Of a stretch of DNA of 64,000 nucleotides, positions 28,229-37,431 are shown in pieces (position 1 is the stretch's first letter; the number at the start of each line of letters is the position of its first letter). Source of the stretch: an uncultured virus (IMG/VR IMGVR_UViG_3300007538_000026) (Duplodnaviria; Heunggongvirae; Uroviricota; Caudoviricetes); the IMG/VR virus record IMGVR_UViG_3300007538_000026, positions 1-64,000 of that record; one strand, 5' to 3'. The translations under genes and the position numbers were made by a program. Below the pieces are notes generated by a model that worked only from the letters and a program-made list of their open reading frames with translations, was not told where the DNA came from and searched no databases.

Positions 28229-29025
28229 GGCCCTACCTACAGCACCTCGAGAAGACTGCGGCGCACCCGGTCGTGGCGCGCGCCGTGGAGGCGCTGGTCG
28301 GGGCCATCCTCGGCGGCGGTGTCGGCGCAGGCGCGGGGGCCATCACCTACAAGCCCGATGAGCCGAAGACCCTGCGCCTTCCCGACGGCTCGCTCTACAC
28401 GCGCAAGTTCACGCAGGACGAGCGCAGCCAGCTGCTCGACCGGGCGCTCAAGGGGGCCCTCATCGGGGGTCTGGTGGGCGGCGGTGCTACGGGTGGCCTG
28501 GCAGCCCTCATGCGACGCTCCACCGCCCGGAAGGAGAAGGCCGACGCGCCGTACCTGGTCAACAAGTACCTCACGTCGCTGCGTTCGCTGGAGCGCGGTG
28601 CCAAGAGGGACGTGGCTTCGGGGCAGCGGCATCTCGGGGATCTGCGGGCAGCTCAGCGCGGGCCCGCGGCAGAGCGTCCGGGAGCCATGCGGCTGTTGGA
28701 GGTCCAGGAGCGCATCACGGAGGCCCACCGCCGCCAGCAAGCCATCGACGCGCTCATGCAAGCCGAGAAGGCGCAGTTCGAGGGGTTCCTCGGAGCGGCC
28801 AAGAAGGCGCGCGCGCGTTCCCTCTTCGGCGGCCCGCGCTTCATGATCGCCAAGCAGGACGGGGAGAAGCTGTTCCTGCCGGCGCCGACGCGGCACGAGG
28901 GCCAGATCTTGCAGCACCTCGGCATCGACAACCCGGCCCTGTCCTTCCGTCCTCGAGGACGGCGGCATGATGCGGTCATCCCGGAGGCGTACTGGCAGCA
29001 GCGCCTGCAGGGCGCAGCGAGGTAG
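28225..29025 (+). CDS. LEKTA-motif basic glycine-zipper protein
   Basis: MRPYLQHLEKTAA, ALVGAILGGGVGAGAGA, GALIGGLVGGGATGGLAAL. Confidence 0.7.
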   Translation: MRPYLQHLEKTAAHPVVARAVEALVGAILGGGVGAGAGAITYKPDEPKTLRLPDGSLYTRKFTQDERSQLLDRALKGALIGGLVGGGATGGLAALMRRSTARKEKADAPYLVNKYLTSLRSLERGAKRDVASGQRHLGDLRAAQRGPAAERPGAMRLLEVQERITEAHRRQQAIDALMQAEKAQFEGFLGAAKKARARSLFGGPRFMIAKQDGEKLFLPAPTRHEGQILQHLGIDNPALSFRPRGRRHDAVIPEAYWQQRLQGAAR

Positions 29026-29028
29026 CCC

Positions 29029-29703
29029 ATGGCCAACTCGATCACCCTCACGGTCACCCGGCTCGGGACTACGACGGCCGACAACCCGGCGCTGTGCCGC
29101 GTGTCCGGCTACCTCCGGGACATTCACGGCAACGCCCTGCCCGGGGAAGCGCTGACCGTGCGCCACGTGTACAACCCCATCGTCGTGGGGACGGACACGC
29201 TCATCCTGAACGAGGAGCAGGAGGTCGTTTCGGACGGCAACGGGCTGGTGCAGTTCGACCTGTACCGCGAAGCCACCGTGCGCATCGAGCTCCCCAACAG
29301 GGTGCTCGACCTGGTGCGCGAGGTCACGGTGCCCGACGCTTCCAGCGTTGACCTGGTGGCCCTGGTCTTCCCCTACATCGTCAGCGTGGCTTTCGAGGAT
29401 ACGAGCCCCGTGCTGGCTTCGGTGGGAGCCTCGCTCTCGCTGGCGGCCGTGGCCACGTTCTCGGACGGAACCGAGGTCGATGTGTCGGTCCAGGCTACCT
29501 ACGAGGTCAGTGACTCCGACGTGCTGGCAGACCTCGGGGCGGGTGCGTTCAGTGCGCTGGCGGCCGGCTCTGCGACGGTGAGCATCACTGCCGTCGATAC
29601 CGACGAGCTCACGCAGTACCAGGACCTCGACGGCGAAGTACTCGGGAGGCTCGACCTGCCGGACATCACCTACCCTGACGCGATCACCGTCGAGGTGTCC
29701 TGA
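29029..29703 (+). CDS. Ig-like virion protein with Big_2-like domain
   Basis: SLAAVATFSDGTEVDVS...TYEVSDSDV...GSATVSIT. Confidence 0.65.
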   Translation: MANSITLTVTRLGTTTADNPALCRVSGYLRDIHGNALPGEALTVRHVYNPIVVGTDTLILNEEQEVVSDGNGLVQFDLYREATVRIELPNRVLDLVREVTVPDASSVDLVALVFPYIVSVAFEDTSPVLASVGASLSLAAVATFSDGTEVDVSVQATYEVSDSDVLADLGAGAFSALAAGSATVSITAVDTDELTQYQDLDGEVLGRLDLPDITYPDAITVEVS

Positions 29704-29951
29704 TGCTCCCCAGCTTCGCAGCAGCGCTCGAGAAGTACGCCAAGGCGGAGCGTCTCTCGGTCTCCCCGAAGGACCGCGTTGCGTGGAAGGCGCGCCTGGC
29801 GCAGGCGAAGGTCCCGGAGGGCGACACCCCTTCGGTGGGGCGGGACAAGCAGGGGTTCTACGTCTACACGCACAGGGCGCGCTCGTCCTCCTACCCCACC
29901 CCCGGCGCGATCCCCCTGGCCAAGATCCGGTTCGTCGGCTCTACGGGGTGA
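29703..29951 (+). CDS. Small basic LEKYA-motif protein
   Basis: TGATG coupling. MLPSFAAALEKYA...YVYTHRARSSSY...IP...IRFVGSTG. Confidence 0.65.
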   Translation: MLPSFAAALEKYAKAERLSVSPKDRVAWKARLAQAKVPEGDTPSVGRDKQGFYVYTHRARSSSYPTPGAIPLAKIRFVGSTG

Positions 29952-29962
29952 GGATCGCAGGA

Positions 29963-29968
29963 TAGAAT
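29963..29968 (+). promoter_or_regulatory. -10 box of a probable leaderless promoter
   Basis: TAGAAT 6 nt before the ATG at 29975. Confidence 0.4.
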
Positions 29969-29974
29969 CCCTGC

Positions 29975-32900
29975 ATGACCATCACCTCTGACCAGCTCCG
30001 CGCCGCTGTCGAGCAGTACCTCCCCACCACGGTGAACTACGCCGCGGACCCGGACACGGGGGACATCGACAAGGCGGCGGTGTTCGCGCGGGTGCGTCAG
30101 GTGCTCAACGTCGCCCTGGCGCTCGATGCCGAGGCGGTGTTCTACCTGGTGCACTTGGCGGTACAGCGGCTGGTTGAGCAGGTCGAGGAGACCCAGGCCA
30201 TCCTGACCACACTGCAGGACAGCGACCACCTGCGCGCCGTCACCCCCGAAGCTCCCCGCGGGATCGCGAGTACGCAGCGACTCCGCGCAGCTCGGTTCCG
30301 GGTGTTGCAGGTGAAGGGGAGCATCCGGCGGCAGGGCTCCGTAGGTGCCACCGCATACGCAGCGCTGCAGGACGATCTCATGGGGTTCTTGCAGGAGGAA
30401 GTGCACCCCAATGCGCGCAACCGGGCGCTGGTGGCGCGCGCGCTGCGCGAGCAGGCCGAGCTGCTCGATGCAGCCTGGGTGGCTTCTCTGGCTGAGTGCG
30501 CGAGTACCTTTGCGGTCTACGACGACTTCGTCGAGCAGGACCTGGCCACGGCCGCGGTGGCGGCGCTGCTCGATGACGTCACCCAACGCATCGTAGAGCT
30601 CGAGGCACAGATCGCGCAGGCATCGGCCGGCGGTGCCCTGGATGTCGAGAGCCTCCTGGTAGACGTAGCTGCAGCTGTGGCTGCGCTGCGCATCGCAGGG
30701 AGTCCCCCGAGCATTGCGGGCACGGTGACGCGGGAGATCGCAGCCGACGGCTCCACGGAGCCCGACTACCGGCTCCTCGAGGGGACAGCTCTCACCAAGC
30801 CCCCGTGCATCGTGGACGAGGGGACGGGTTCGCTGGATATCCTCCCCCTGGCGGCGGCGGATAGCGGCGTTCCTGTCGACGACGGCGACGGGGACCTGAC
30901 CACGCCCACGTATCAGGATGCCTCCGCTGATTTCGTGGCAGCGGGCATCGTTGCAGGGCACTACCTCACGGTGGTGGTGACGGGAGCGAGCTACCGCATC
31001 ACGCAGGTGACCGAAACGGCGCTGGAGGTCGCCCCCGAGATCCCTACGGGCCTCAGCGATGGGCGCTACGTGGTTACCGAGGATGTGCCCGGTGCGCGCT
31101 TCGCTGCTGAGGCGGGCAGTTTCATGGCGTCCTACTCGGGAGGGGCCACCGGGACGTCGGCGCTGCTCTCCGGCACCGCGGGGGCCTTCGTGCGCTCCGA
31201 GACAGGCGGCGCGGATGGAAGCAATCTGCGGACGCGCGGCAGTGACGGTCAGGTGCTGGCCGAGTTCTGCGCGGGGAGTGCCGGGGAGATTGACTCCGGA
31301 GCAGACGACACGCTGTTCACCGACGCGACCGCGGCCTTCGTCACCGATGGCGTTTCTCCGGGTGACGTGCTCCATCTCGATGATGGAGACCCAGGAGACT
31401 ACACGGTCAGCGCAGTGTTGTCCGAGACCGAGCTGACCATCGCGGAGACGTTCTCCGGTACCGCGAGCGGCATCTCCTGGCAGGTTCACCAGGCGGGCGA
31501 TGTCTTCGTGGCTCCTGGAGCCGGGCTCATCGCTGCGGGGGTTGCCCCCGGGCACACCATCACGGTGGCTGGGACCGACTACACCGTCTCCGATCTGCTG
31601 AGCTCGACGAGCTTGCGCATCACGGGGACGTTCCCGGGGGCGCTGGCCGCGGCCGAGTGGTGCGTGCCCCTCGACGCGGACGAGTTCACCACCGCGGAGG
31701 CCCTGGCTGCGGACGCGACCTATGTGCTCGAGATCTTTGGCACTGGCGGTGCGCTGGACGGGGTCTACGCCATCGCGTCGGTGGCCGGGCGTGTCGTCAC
31801 GATCAGCGAGGACTTTCCGGTGACCGGCTTCGACGCCGTGGACTGGCTCGTCTACGAAGCGGATGGCTTGACCCAGCAGTTCGTGCAGACCGATGAGGAC
31901 CTGCAGGCCGCGGGTATCGCTGCTCTCATGGAAGATGCCGACGGCCGGTGGCTCACCACGCGCCTGCTGGTCGGGGCTGCCGAGTACGCCGTGGCGCGCG
32001 TCGCCGACACGGAGACGCTGCACGTGGCTGGGCGAGCGGCGCCCACCGCTCCCGGGGCATGGACGCTCTGCCTGGGCAGCACGACGCGGACGCTGCGCGA
32101 CAGTGTCAACAGCCCCTTCGGCGCGCACGCTCCTGGGGACGTCGTGATCCTGAACCCCGGGGCGAACAACGAAGCGGTCTCCACCATCGCCGAGGTGGTC
32201 GCCGCTGACGAAGTGCTTCTCGGCGCCCCCGTACCGGCAGACCTGGGCGGGGTCGACTACCTGGTGGGCACCTCGGTCACGTCGGGGATGGACCTGGTGG
32301 TGCGCGGGAAGCGAAGCCAGATCCGAGAGGTCATCAACGGCACTTCCCTACGCGTCGATCCGCCGTTGCCCCTCTACGTCGGAGTGGACGTACCCTACCT
32401 GGTGGTGCCCCGCGGTGCCGGGTTGACCACGCGCAAGTTGGTGGACACCTCCAGCGTGCTCACGGATGATCTCGTGGGCTGTGAGCTGCAGCTGATGCTG
32501 GGTCGCCCGTGGCGTGCGGTCGTGGAGGCGGTCGACGGAGACGAGCTGTTGCTCGACCGAGAGGTGCCGTCCGGACGCCGCGAGATCCCCTACCGTGTGC
32601 TGGCCCTGGCTGAGGGGACGGCCGAGATGGTGCGTGTGCCTGCAGTCGGCGCCGAGGTGGCCGCAGGAGACCTCTTGACCATCTGGGGGGATGGGACCGC
32701 CTACACGGTGGCCAGCGCTCCGACGGGCACCGGGATGCCGGTGACCCCCCAGGTCCCGGCGAACTACGCAGGGCGCACGCTCATCACGGTGCGTGGAGGT
32801 GCGCAGAGCTACGGGCGCTACCTGCTGTTGGTGCACGCGTATGAGGCGCTCTCGCTGGATACCGAGCTCGCCCAGCTGCGGCTTCATCTGGCTGAGGTGC

Positions 32901-33799
32901 TGACCGACTGGGGGGTTGATCGGACCGAGGTCACCGTCGGCGACGCTGGAACCGTGACGCCGGACGGGGACGCCGACGGGGTGTCTCCGTACTTCGACGC
33001 CCCCGCAGCGGACTTCATGGCCGCGGGGGCTCGCGCGGGCGATGTGCTCACCGCGGTGCTGAGTGTGGACGGGACACCCACGCCGACCGAGACCTACGTC
33101 ACCGAGGTAGCCTCAGCGACGCGCCTCGAGGTGGCCCCCGAGCTCGGGGAGTACCCGGTCATCACGTGGGTGCTCGAGCGGTCGAGCGTGTCGTGCGCGC
33201 TCTACGAGTGCTCGCGGCTAGAGGCTCAGCTCACCCAGCTCACCGGCGTGCTGGGAGGCTACACCACGCCGAGGTGCCCCGCCGTGGAAAACGTGCTCAC
33301 GTTGCTCAGCGACCAGGGCATGGACCGCGCAGCCGACTTGCTGCGCAGCGGGGACATGGAGGCGTTCGCCGCGCTGACCGAGAACGACACCAGCTACGCG
33401 AGCGCTGCGCGTACCGCGGTCCAGGAGGTGGGCGCGAGCACCCAGGACGGCACGGAGAGCAGCGCTACGTCCGCGACGGCCTATTCCCCGTCTTCCGGAA
33501 CCTCGCAGGAGATCGATATCCGCTCGAGCCTGTCCTCCGGGGCGGAGTTCTTGTCAGGGGAGGACCGCACGGCCACCGCACACAGCACCAGCGTGGACGA
33601 GATGCGCAACCGGGCGGTCTACGAGCTCACGGGGGAGGTTACCAGCTCCGCTGTGACTGACCAGGATGCTACGCTACCCTGGTTGGCCAAGACGGGCTCA
33701 CGGTCTGCTCGGATGAGTGCTCGCCTGGCTGAGATGCGTGCAGCTCTGGAGTACATCCGGGACCACCCGGAGGAGTTCGAGAGCGCGGAGGTTTCGTGA
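29975..33799 (+). CDS. Large baseplate/tail protein with repeated small beta domains
   Basis: 1274 aa. Helical ends flank repeats of F.D..A.F...G...GD.L...Y.(I/V)..V...T.L. Confidence 0.65.
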   Translation: MTITSDQLRAAVEQYLPTTVNYAADPDTGDIDKAAVFARVRQVLNVALALDAEAVFYLVHLAVQRLVEQVEETQAILTTLQDSDHLRAVTPEAPRGIASTQRLRAARFRVLQVKGSIRRQGSVGATAYAALQDDLMGFLQEEVHPNARNRALVARALREQAELLDAAWVASLAECASTFAVYDDFVEQDLATAAVAALLDDVTQRIVELEAQIAQASAGGALDVESLLVDVAAAVAALRIAGSPPSIAGTVTREIAADGSTEPDYRLLEGTALTKPPCIVDEGTGSLDILPLAAADSGVPVDDGDGDLTTPTYQDASADFVAAGIVAGHYLTVVVTGASYRITQVTETALEVAPEIPTGLSDGRYVVTEDVPGARFAAEAGSFMASYSGGATGTSALLSGTAGAFVRSETGGADGSNLRTRGSDGQVLAEFCAGSAGEIDSGADDTLFTDATAAFVTDGVSPGDVLHLDDGDPGDYTVSAVLSETELTIAETFSGTASGISWQVHQAGDVFVAPGAGLIAAGVAPGHTITVAGTDYTVSDLLSSTSLRITGTFPGALAAAEWCVPLDADEFTTAEALAADATYVLEIFGTGGALDGVYAIASVAGRVVTISEDFPVTGFDAVDWLVYEADGLTQQFVQTDEDLQAAGIAALMEDADGRWLTTRLLVGAAEYAVARVADTETLHVAGRAAPTAPGAWTLCLGSTTRTLRDSVNSPFGAHAPGDVVILNPGANNEAVSTIAEVVAADEVLLGAPVPADLGGVDYLVGTSVTSGMDLVVRGKRSQIREVINGTSLRVDPPLPLYVGVDVPYLVVPRGAGLTTRKLVDTSSVLTDDLVGCELQLMLGRPWRAVVEAVDGDELLLDREVPSGRREIPYRVLALAEGTAEMVRVPAVGAEVAAGDLLTIWGDGTAYTVASAPTGTGMPVTPQVPANYAGRTLITVRGGAQSYGRYLLLVHAYEALSLDTELAQLRLHLAEVLTDWGVDRTEVTVGDAGTVTPDGDADGVSPYFDAPAADFMAAGARAGDVLTAVLSVDGTPTPTETYVTEVASATRLEVAPELGEYPVITWVLERSSVSCALYECSRLEAQLTQLTGVLGGYTTPRCPAVENVLTLLSDQGMDRAADLLRSGDMEAFAALTENDTSYASAARTAVQEVGASTQDGTESSATSATAYSPSSGTSQEIDIRSSLSSGAEFLSGEDRTATAHSTSVDEMRNRAVYELTGEVTSSAVTDQDATLPWLAKTGSRSARMSARLAEMRAALEYIRDHPEEFESAEVS

Positions 33800-34455
33800 G
33801 CTACGACATCCAGACCATCTCCTTCGTGGACTCGCTCGCGGTGGAATCGATCACCGAGGTAGCTGGAGCGTCCCCCCGGGCGCTGCGGGTTGTGGGGGAG
33901 GGCTTCCGCTCCGCACAGCGCCTCGAGGTCAACGGCTACTACGTGGACACCTTCACGGTGGTCAACGACAGCTTGATGCTGGTCTACCCCGGCGCGGCCT
34001 TTGACTCGATCGGGACGGCCGACATGGTCATCTACGTCCTCTCGAGCTCATGGACGCGTGCGCGCAACACGCGCATCGTGTTCGGCCCCACGTCTCACGT
34101 GCGGAAGGTGACCGGGCTCTTGAAGCTGGCGCAGCAGGTGCTGAAGGTGCTCATCTCGGCGCCGGGGTCGAACAGGTTCAGCCTGGCCTCGGGCGGGGGC
34201 CTGACCTCCATGCTGGGAGCGAGCCTCTCGCCCGACGACAAGCCGGCGATCGCGGCCACGGTGGCGCAGGCGGTGGCCAGCACGCAGGAGCAGTTCGTGG
34301 CAGCCCAGACCGGCCGGCGCATCCCGGCTGACGAGCGGCTGATGGGGCTCTCGCTCCGCGGCGTGGCGTTCAACCCGGTGAGCATGGAGGTCGTTGCGTA
34401 CCTCCGCCTGCTGTCGTTCGCGGGCCGCTCGGTCGACATCCCCCTGACCCTCTGA
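33796..34455 (+). CDS. gp25/GpW-like baseplate wedge protein with N-terminal Ig-like domain
   Basis: VTGLLKLAQQVLKVLISAPGSNRF...GGGL, immediately before the J-like gene. Confidence 0.55.
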   Translation: MSYDIQTISFVDSLAVESITEVAGASPRALRVVGEGFRSAQRLEVNGYYVDTFTVVNDSLMLVYPGAAFDSIGTADMVIYVLSSSWTRARNTRIVFGPTSHVRKVTGLLKLAQQVLKVLISAPGSNRFSLASGGGLTSMLGASLSPDDKPAIAATVAQAVASTQEQFVAAQTGRRIPADERLMGLSLRGVAFNPVSMEVVAYLRLLSFAGRSVDIPLTL

Positions 34456-34462
34456 GGCACAC

Positions 34463-37015
34463 ATGGCTACCAACGTCGAGACCCTTCTGCAGGAACTCGT
34501 CGCCATCTACGACGACACCATCGACACCGGCACGGGGTCCTCCTTCCACTCCCAGGTCATCACGCCGCTGCTGGCCCGCCTCGGGGACGACCCGCTGTCG
34601 GTGGATGCCGAGGCGCTCATCCAGCAGGTGGTGGAGGAATACGACGACACCATCGATACGTCTGACTACTCGGACTTCCGGGACCTGGTCATCCGGATCA
34701 TGTCCATCATCCAGGAGCCGCTGCGGCGCGAGATCGCTGGGATCAAGGTCGGGCTGAGCCTCAACGACTACGAGGCGGCGACGCGCGCCGAGGTCGATGC
34801 CCTGTTGGGCAACTACTTCACCGCTCTGGGAGAGGGCGGAGTCGCGACGGGCACCGTGCGTGTCTGGTTCTACTCCCCGCAGTCGGCCACCTTCTCCACG
34901 CTGATGCGGTTCTACACGGGCGGGGGGTTGAACTTCTACCCCAGCGCGACGCAGAGCATCAGCGCTACCCAGATGAGCTTCCAGCAAGCCGGGAGCCTCT
35001 ACTACGCCGACGTGACCGTCACGGCGGAGGCGCGGGGATCGGACTACAGCGTGGGGGCCGGGGCGATCATCGGCGTGAGCGGCTTGGCGGGAGTCGCGCG
35101 GGTGAGCAACACGTCGTCGTTCGCTGTGGTGGCTGACGACGAGACCAAGGCGGAGGGGGTCGAACGGGCGCAGACCTCGGTGACGCAGCGTACGCTGGCC
35201 ACGCTGCAGGGCATCGGCTTCGTCCTGGACGAGAGCTACAGCGCCTACGCGCCGTTTCAGGTCATCGGCAAGGGCGAAGACGAGATGGAGCGCGACATCG
35301 TCTGGGGACCTGCGATGGTGTCCGGTCTTCCCGGCGGCATCGTCGGCGACAGCCTTCCGTCCGTGGGCGCCGGTGCCCACATCCACATCGGAGGCATGAC
35401 CGATGTGTACGCGTACCAGCCGACCCCCGACACGGGAACGCTGGAGATCGCGGACATCACCGACTGGGGCGTGCGTGTGGCTGCGGGGACGCACGGGTAC
35501 ACCCAGGCAGGGGGAGCTACGAGCATCTGGCGGGATGACCACGGGCACTTCGCCACCAAGGGGGTGGCTGCCGGGGACAAGCTGCGCCTCGGAGCTGATC
35601 TCTATGACATCGACGTGGTGAGCGAAGGCGAGCTCGAGATCGACGGGTCGCTCGACGGCTCGATGTACGAGCAGACCTACGAGGTCGTGCGGCAGTATGA
35701 GGGGTACATCGACATCCCGCTGTTCGACCTCGTGGCTCTCGACAGCTCGGGCGAGGCTGTGCTGGATGACGACGACAACCCGGTCCAGCCGACGCCGGGG
35801 GATCCCGACCTGGGGCAGCTACTCGATGAGCTCGGCGAGCCCGTGGTCAAGAGCGACAACATCTGCGAGGGGAACCTGCAACTCCCGCTGGTGGCCCCAG
35901 TCTCGGTGCAGCATCTCGACCCCCTCACCCTGGAGGCCACGGGGACCTACATTCCCTGCTGCGACGTGGTGCTGGTGACGACGCCGGCGGGGTTCACCGG
36001 CGGTGGGCCGGCGGCGAAGGCTGCGGGCTTGGTGCGCGTGTTCTTCCGGGAAGCGGTCAACGCCTGGGCGGACTGGCTGACGACTCGCTTCACCTACCAG
36101 ACGAGGACGTTCCGCCCTGTGCGGTTGACGGGCCCCACCTACACTGCGCGCATCGCGGATGTGGGAGGCACGCTCACGCTCATCCTCGAGGATGACTACA
36201 CCGCGGAGTTCTCCGGCGGCTGGCGCTTCCTCTTCGACGGCACGGTGTGGGAGGCCTTGAGCCTGACCGAGGTGGCGGGGGAGACGCACGTGACCACGAG
36301 GGTCGAGCCTGCGGCGGCCAAGCCGTCGGCGACGTTCTCGGCACTCAAGGGGGTGCTCGAGGCCGACATGCAGCAGGACGAGGACACGGGGCTCTACTAC
36401 ATGGACGTGCTGGTCGAGGCGCTGCTCAACGGGGCCGCGGGCAACCTGGCCGCGGACACCGAGCTCGCGGTGACAGCGTTCAAGGCCGAGGGGTGGACCG
36501 TCCACAACCTGAGCGCATCCGATGCGTTCAGCACACGAGAGAAGGCCTACCTGCGGCTGACTCGCTGGGTCAACGACGACGTGGATCTCGAGGATCCGCT
36601 GACCGCGCCGGCGGTGCAGCTCTACTACAGGTACGCGTCGGGCTTGAGTTCGCTGCAGGACTTCGTCGAGAGCGAGGACGAGCGCTGCGTCGGAGAGGAC
36701 ATCCTCATCAAGCACTACCGCCCGCTCTACGTCGCCGGCGACTTCCTGGTAGGTGGCATCACCGAGGAAGCGGCGGGAGACCTCCTGGAGGAGACCATCA
36801 ACGCGGTCGCGCCCGACGACGGCCTCGAGGTAGCTGACCTGGTAGATGAGCTGAAGGGAAGCGCCACGCGGGTGCGGTCTCCGCTCACCCTGGTGGCCTT
36901 GGGACAGGATGCCCAGCGCAGGTGGACTGCCGAGGTGGTCGACGACACGGTGAGCACCACGCGCATCCAGCACCTGGTCTACGATGCCGAGAGGACGACC
37001 ATCACGGCGGAGTAG
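34463..37015 (+). CDS. Baseplate J-like wedge protein
   Basis: ATGTVRVWF...VTAEARGSDYSVGAGAI...VSN...DDET is a typical gpJ N-terminal pattern. Confidence 0.7.
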   Translation: MATNVETLLQELVAIYDDTIDTGTGSSFHSQVITPLLARLGDDPLSVDAEALIQQVVEEYDDTIDTSDYSDFRDLVIRIMSIIQEPLRREIAGIKVGLSLNDYEAATRAEVDALLGNYFTALGEGGVATGTVRVWFYSPQSATFSTLMRFYTGGGLNFYPSATQSISATQMSFQQAGSLYYADVTVTAEARGSDYSVGAGAIIGVSGLAGVARVSNTSSFAVVADDETKAEGVERAQTSVTQRTLATLQGIGFVLDESYSAYAPFQVIGKGEDEMERDIVWGPAMVSGLPGGIVGDSLPSVGAGAHIHIGGMTDVYAYQPTPDTGTLEIADITDWGVRVAAGTHGYTQAGGATSIWRDDHGHFATKGVAAGDKLRLGADLYDIDVVSEGELEIDGSLDGSMYEQTYEVVRQYEGYIDIPLFDLVALDSSGEAVLDDDDNPVQPTPGDPDLGQLLDELGEPVVKSDNICEGNLQLPLVAPVSVQHLDPLTLEATGTYIPCCDVVLVTTPAGFTGGGPAAKAAGLVRVFFREAVNAWADWLTTRFTYQTRTFRPVRLTGPTYTARIADVGGTLTLILEDDYTAEFSGGWRFLFDGTVWEALSLTEVAGETHVTTRVEPAAAKPSATFSALKGVLEADMQQDEDTGLYYMDVLVEALLNGAAGNLAADTELAVTAFKAEGWTVHNLSASDAFSTREKAYLRLTRWVNDDVDLEDPLTAPAVQLYYRYASGLSSLQDFVESEDERCVGEDILIKHYRPLYVAGDFLVGGITEEAAGDLLEETINAVAPDDGLEVADLVDELKGSATRVRSPLTLVALGQDAQRRWTAEVVDDTVSTTRIQHLVYDAERTTITAE

Positions 37016-37187
37016 GGCAGGTAGGGCAGCGGTAGACGATGCGGCCGCTCGCGTTGACCTCCGGGGCCATGAGGCGCTGGCAGTCAGGGCAGCGTTCGGG
37101 CTCCAGCAGGCTCTGCAGAGGCTGATGGTCTTTCAGGAGCTCCGCGGCCAGGCTCGGGGGGAGCGCTCTCGGCTTCTGGGTCGTCAC
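37002..37187 (-). CDS. Small Zn-ribbon protein
   Basis: AAGGAGG RBS before the GTG. CPDC...CPTC. Confidence 0.55.
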   Translation of the reverse strand: MTTQKPRALPPSLAAELLKDHQPLQSLLEPERCPDCQRLMAPEVNASGRIVYRCPTCPTPP

Positions 37188-37431
37188 GGCGGCCTCCTTG
37201 GATGACCCGAAGGGTGGGTACTCCGGGGATGGGATATGCTAGTTTCCTCGCGGCCGCAGATACTTCGTGTTCGAGGTAGGCTGGGTCCACGTCCCCGCTG
37301 GCGCGGAGCTGCTCCAGGACGAAGGAGAGGTAGTCCAGATGGTCGCCGCAGAAGTTGAACCGCAGGAAGTCCAGCTCTTCGGGAGGCTCCACGGCGCTAC
37401 TTCGGCAGGTCTTCGCGTTGCAGGTGAACAT
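37084..37431 (-). CDS. Hypothetical protein (C..C/FC..H, LRVIQGG)
   Basis: MFTCNAKTC...FCGDH...LRVIQGG. Fills the + strand gap 37015-37430. Confidence 0.45.
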   Translation of the reverse strand: MFTCNAKTCRSSAVEPPEELDFLRFNFCGDHLDYLSFVLEQLRASGDVDPAYLEHEVSAAARKLAYPIPGVPTLRVIQGGRRDDPEAESAPPEPGRGAPERPSASAEPAGARTLP

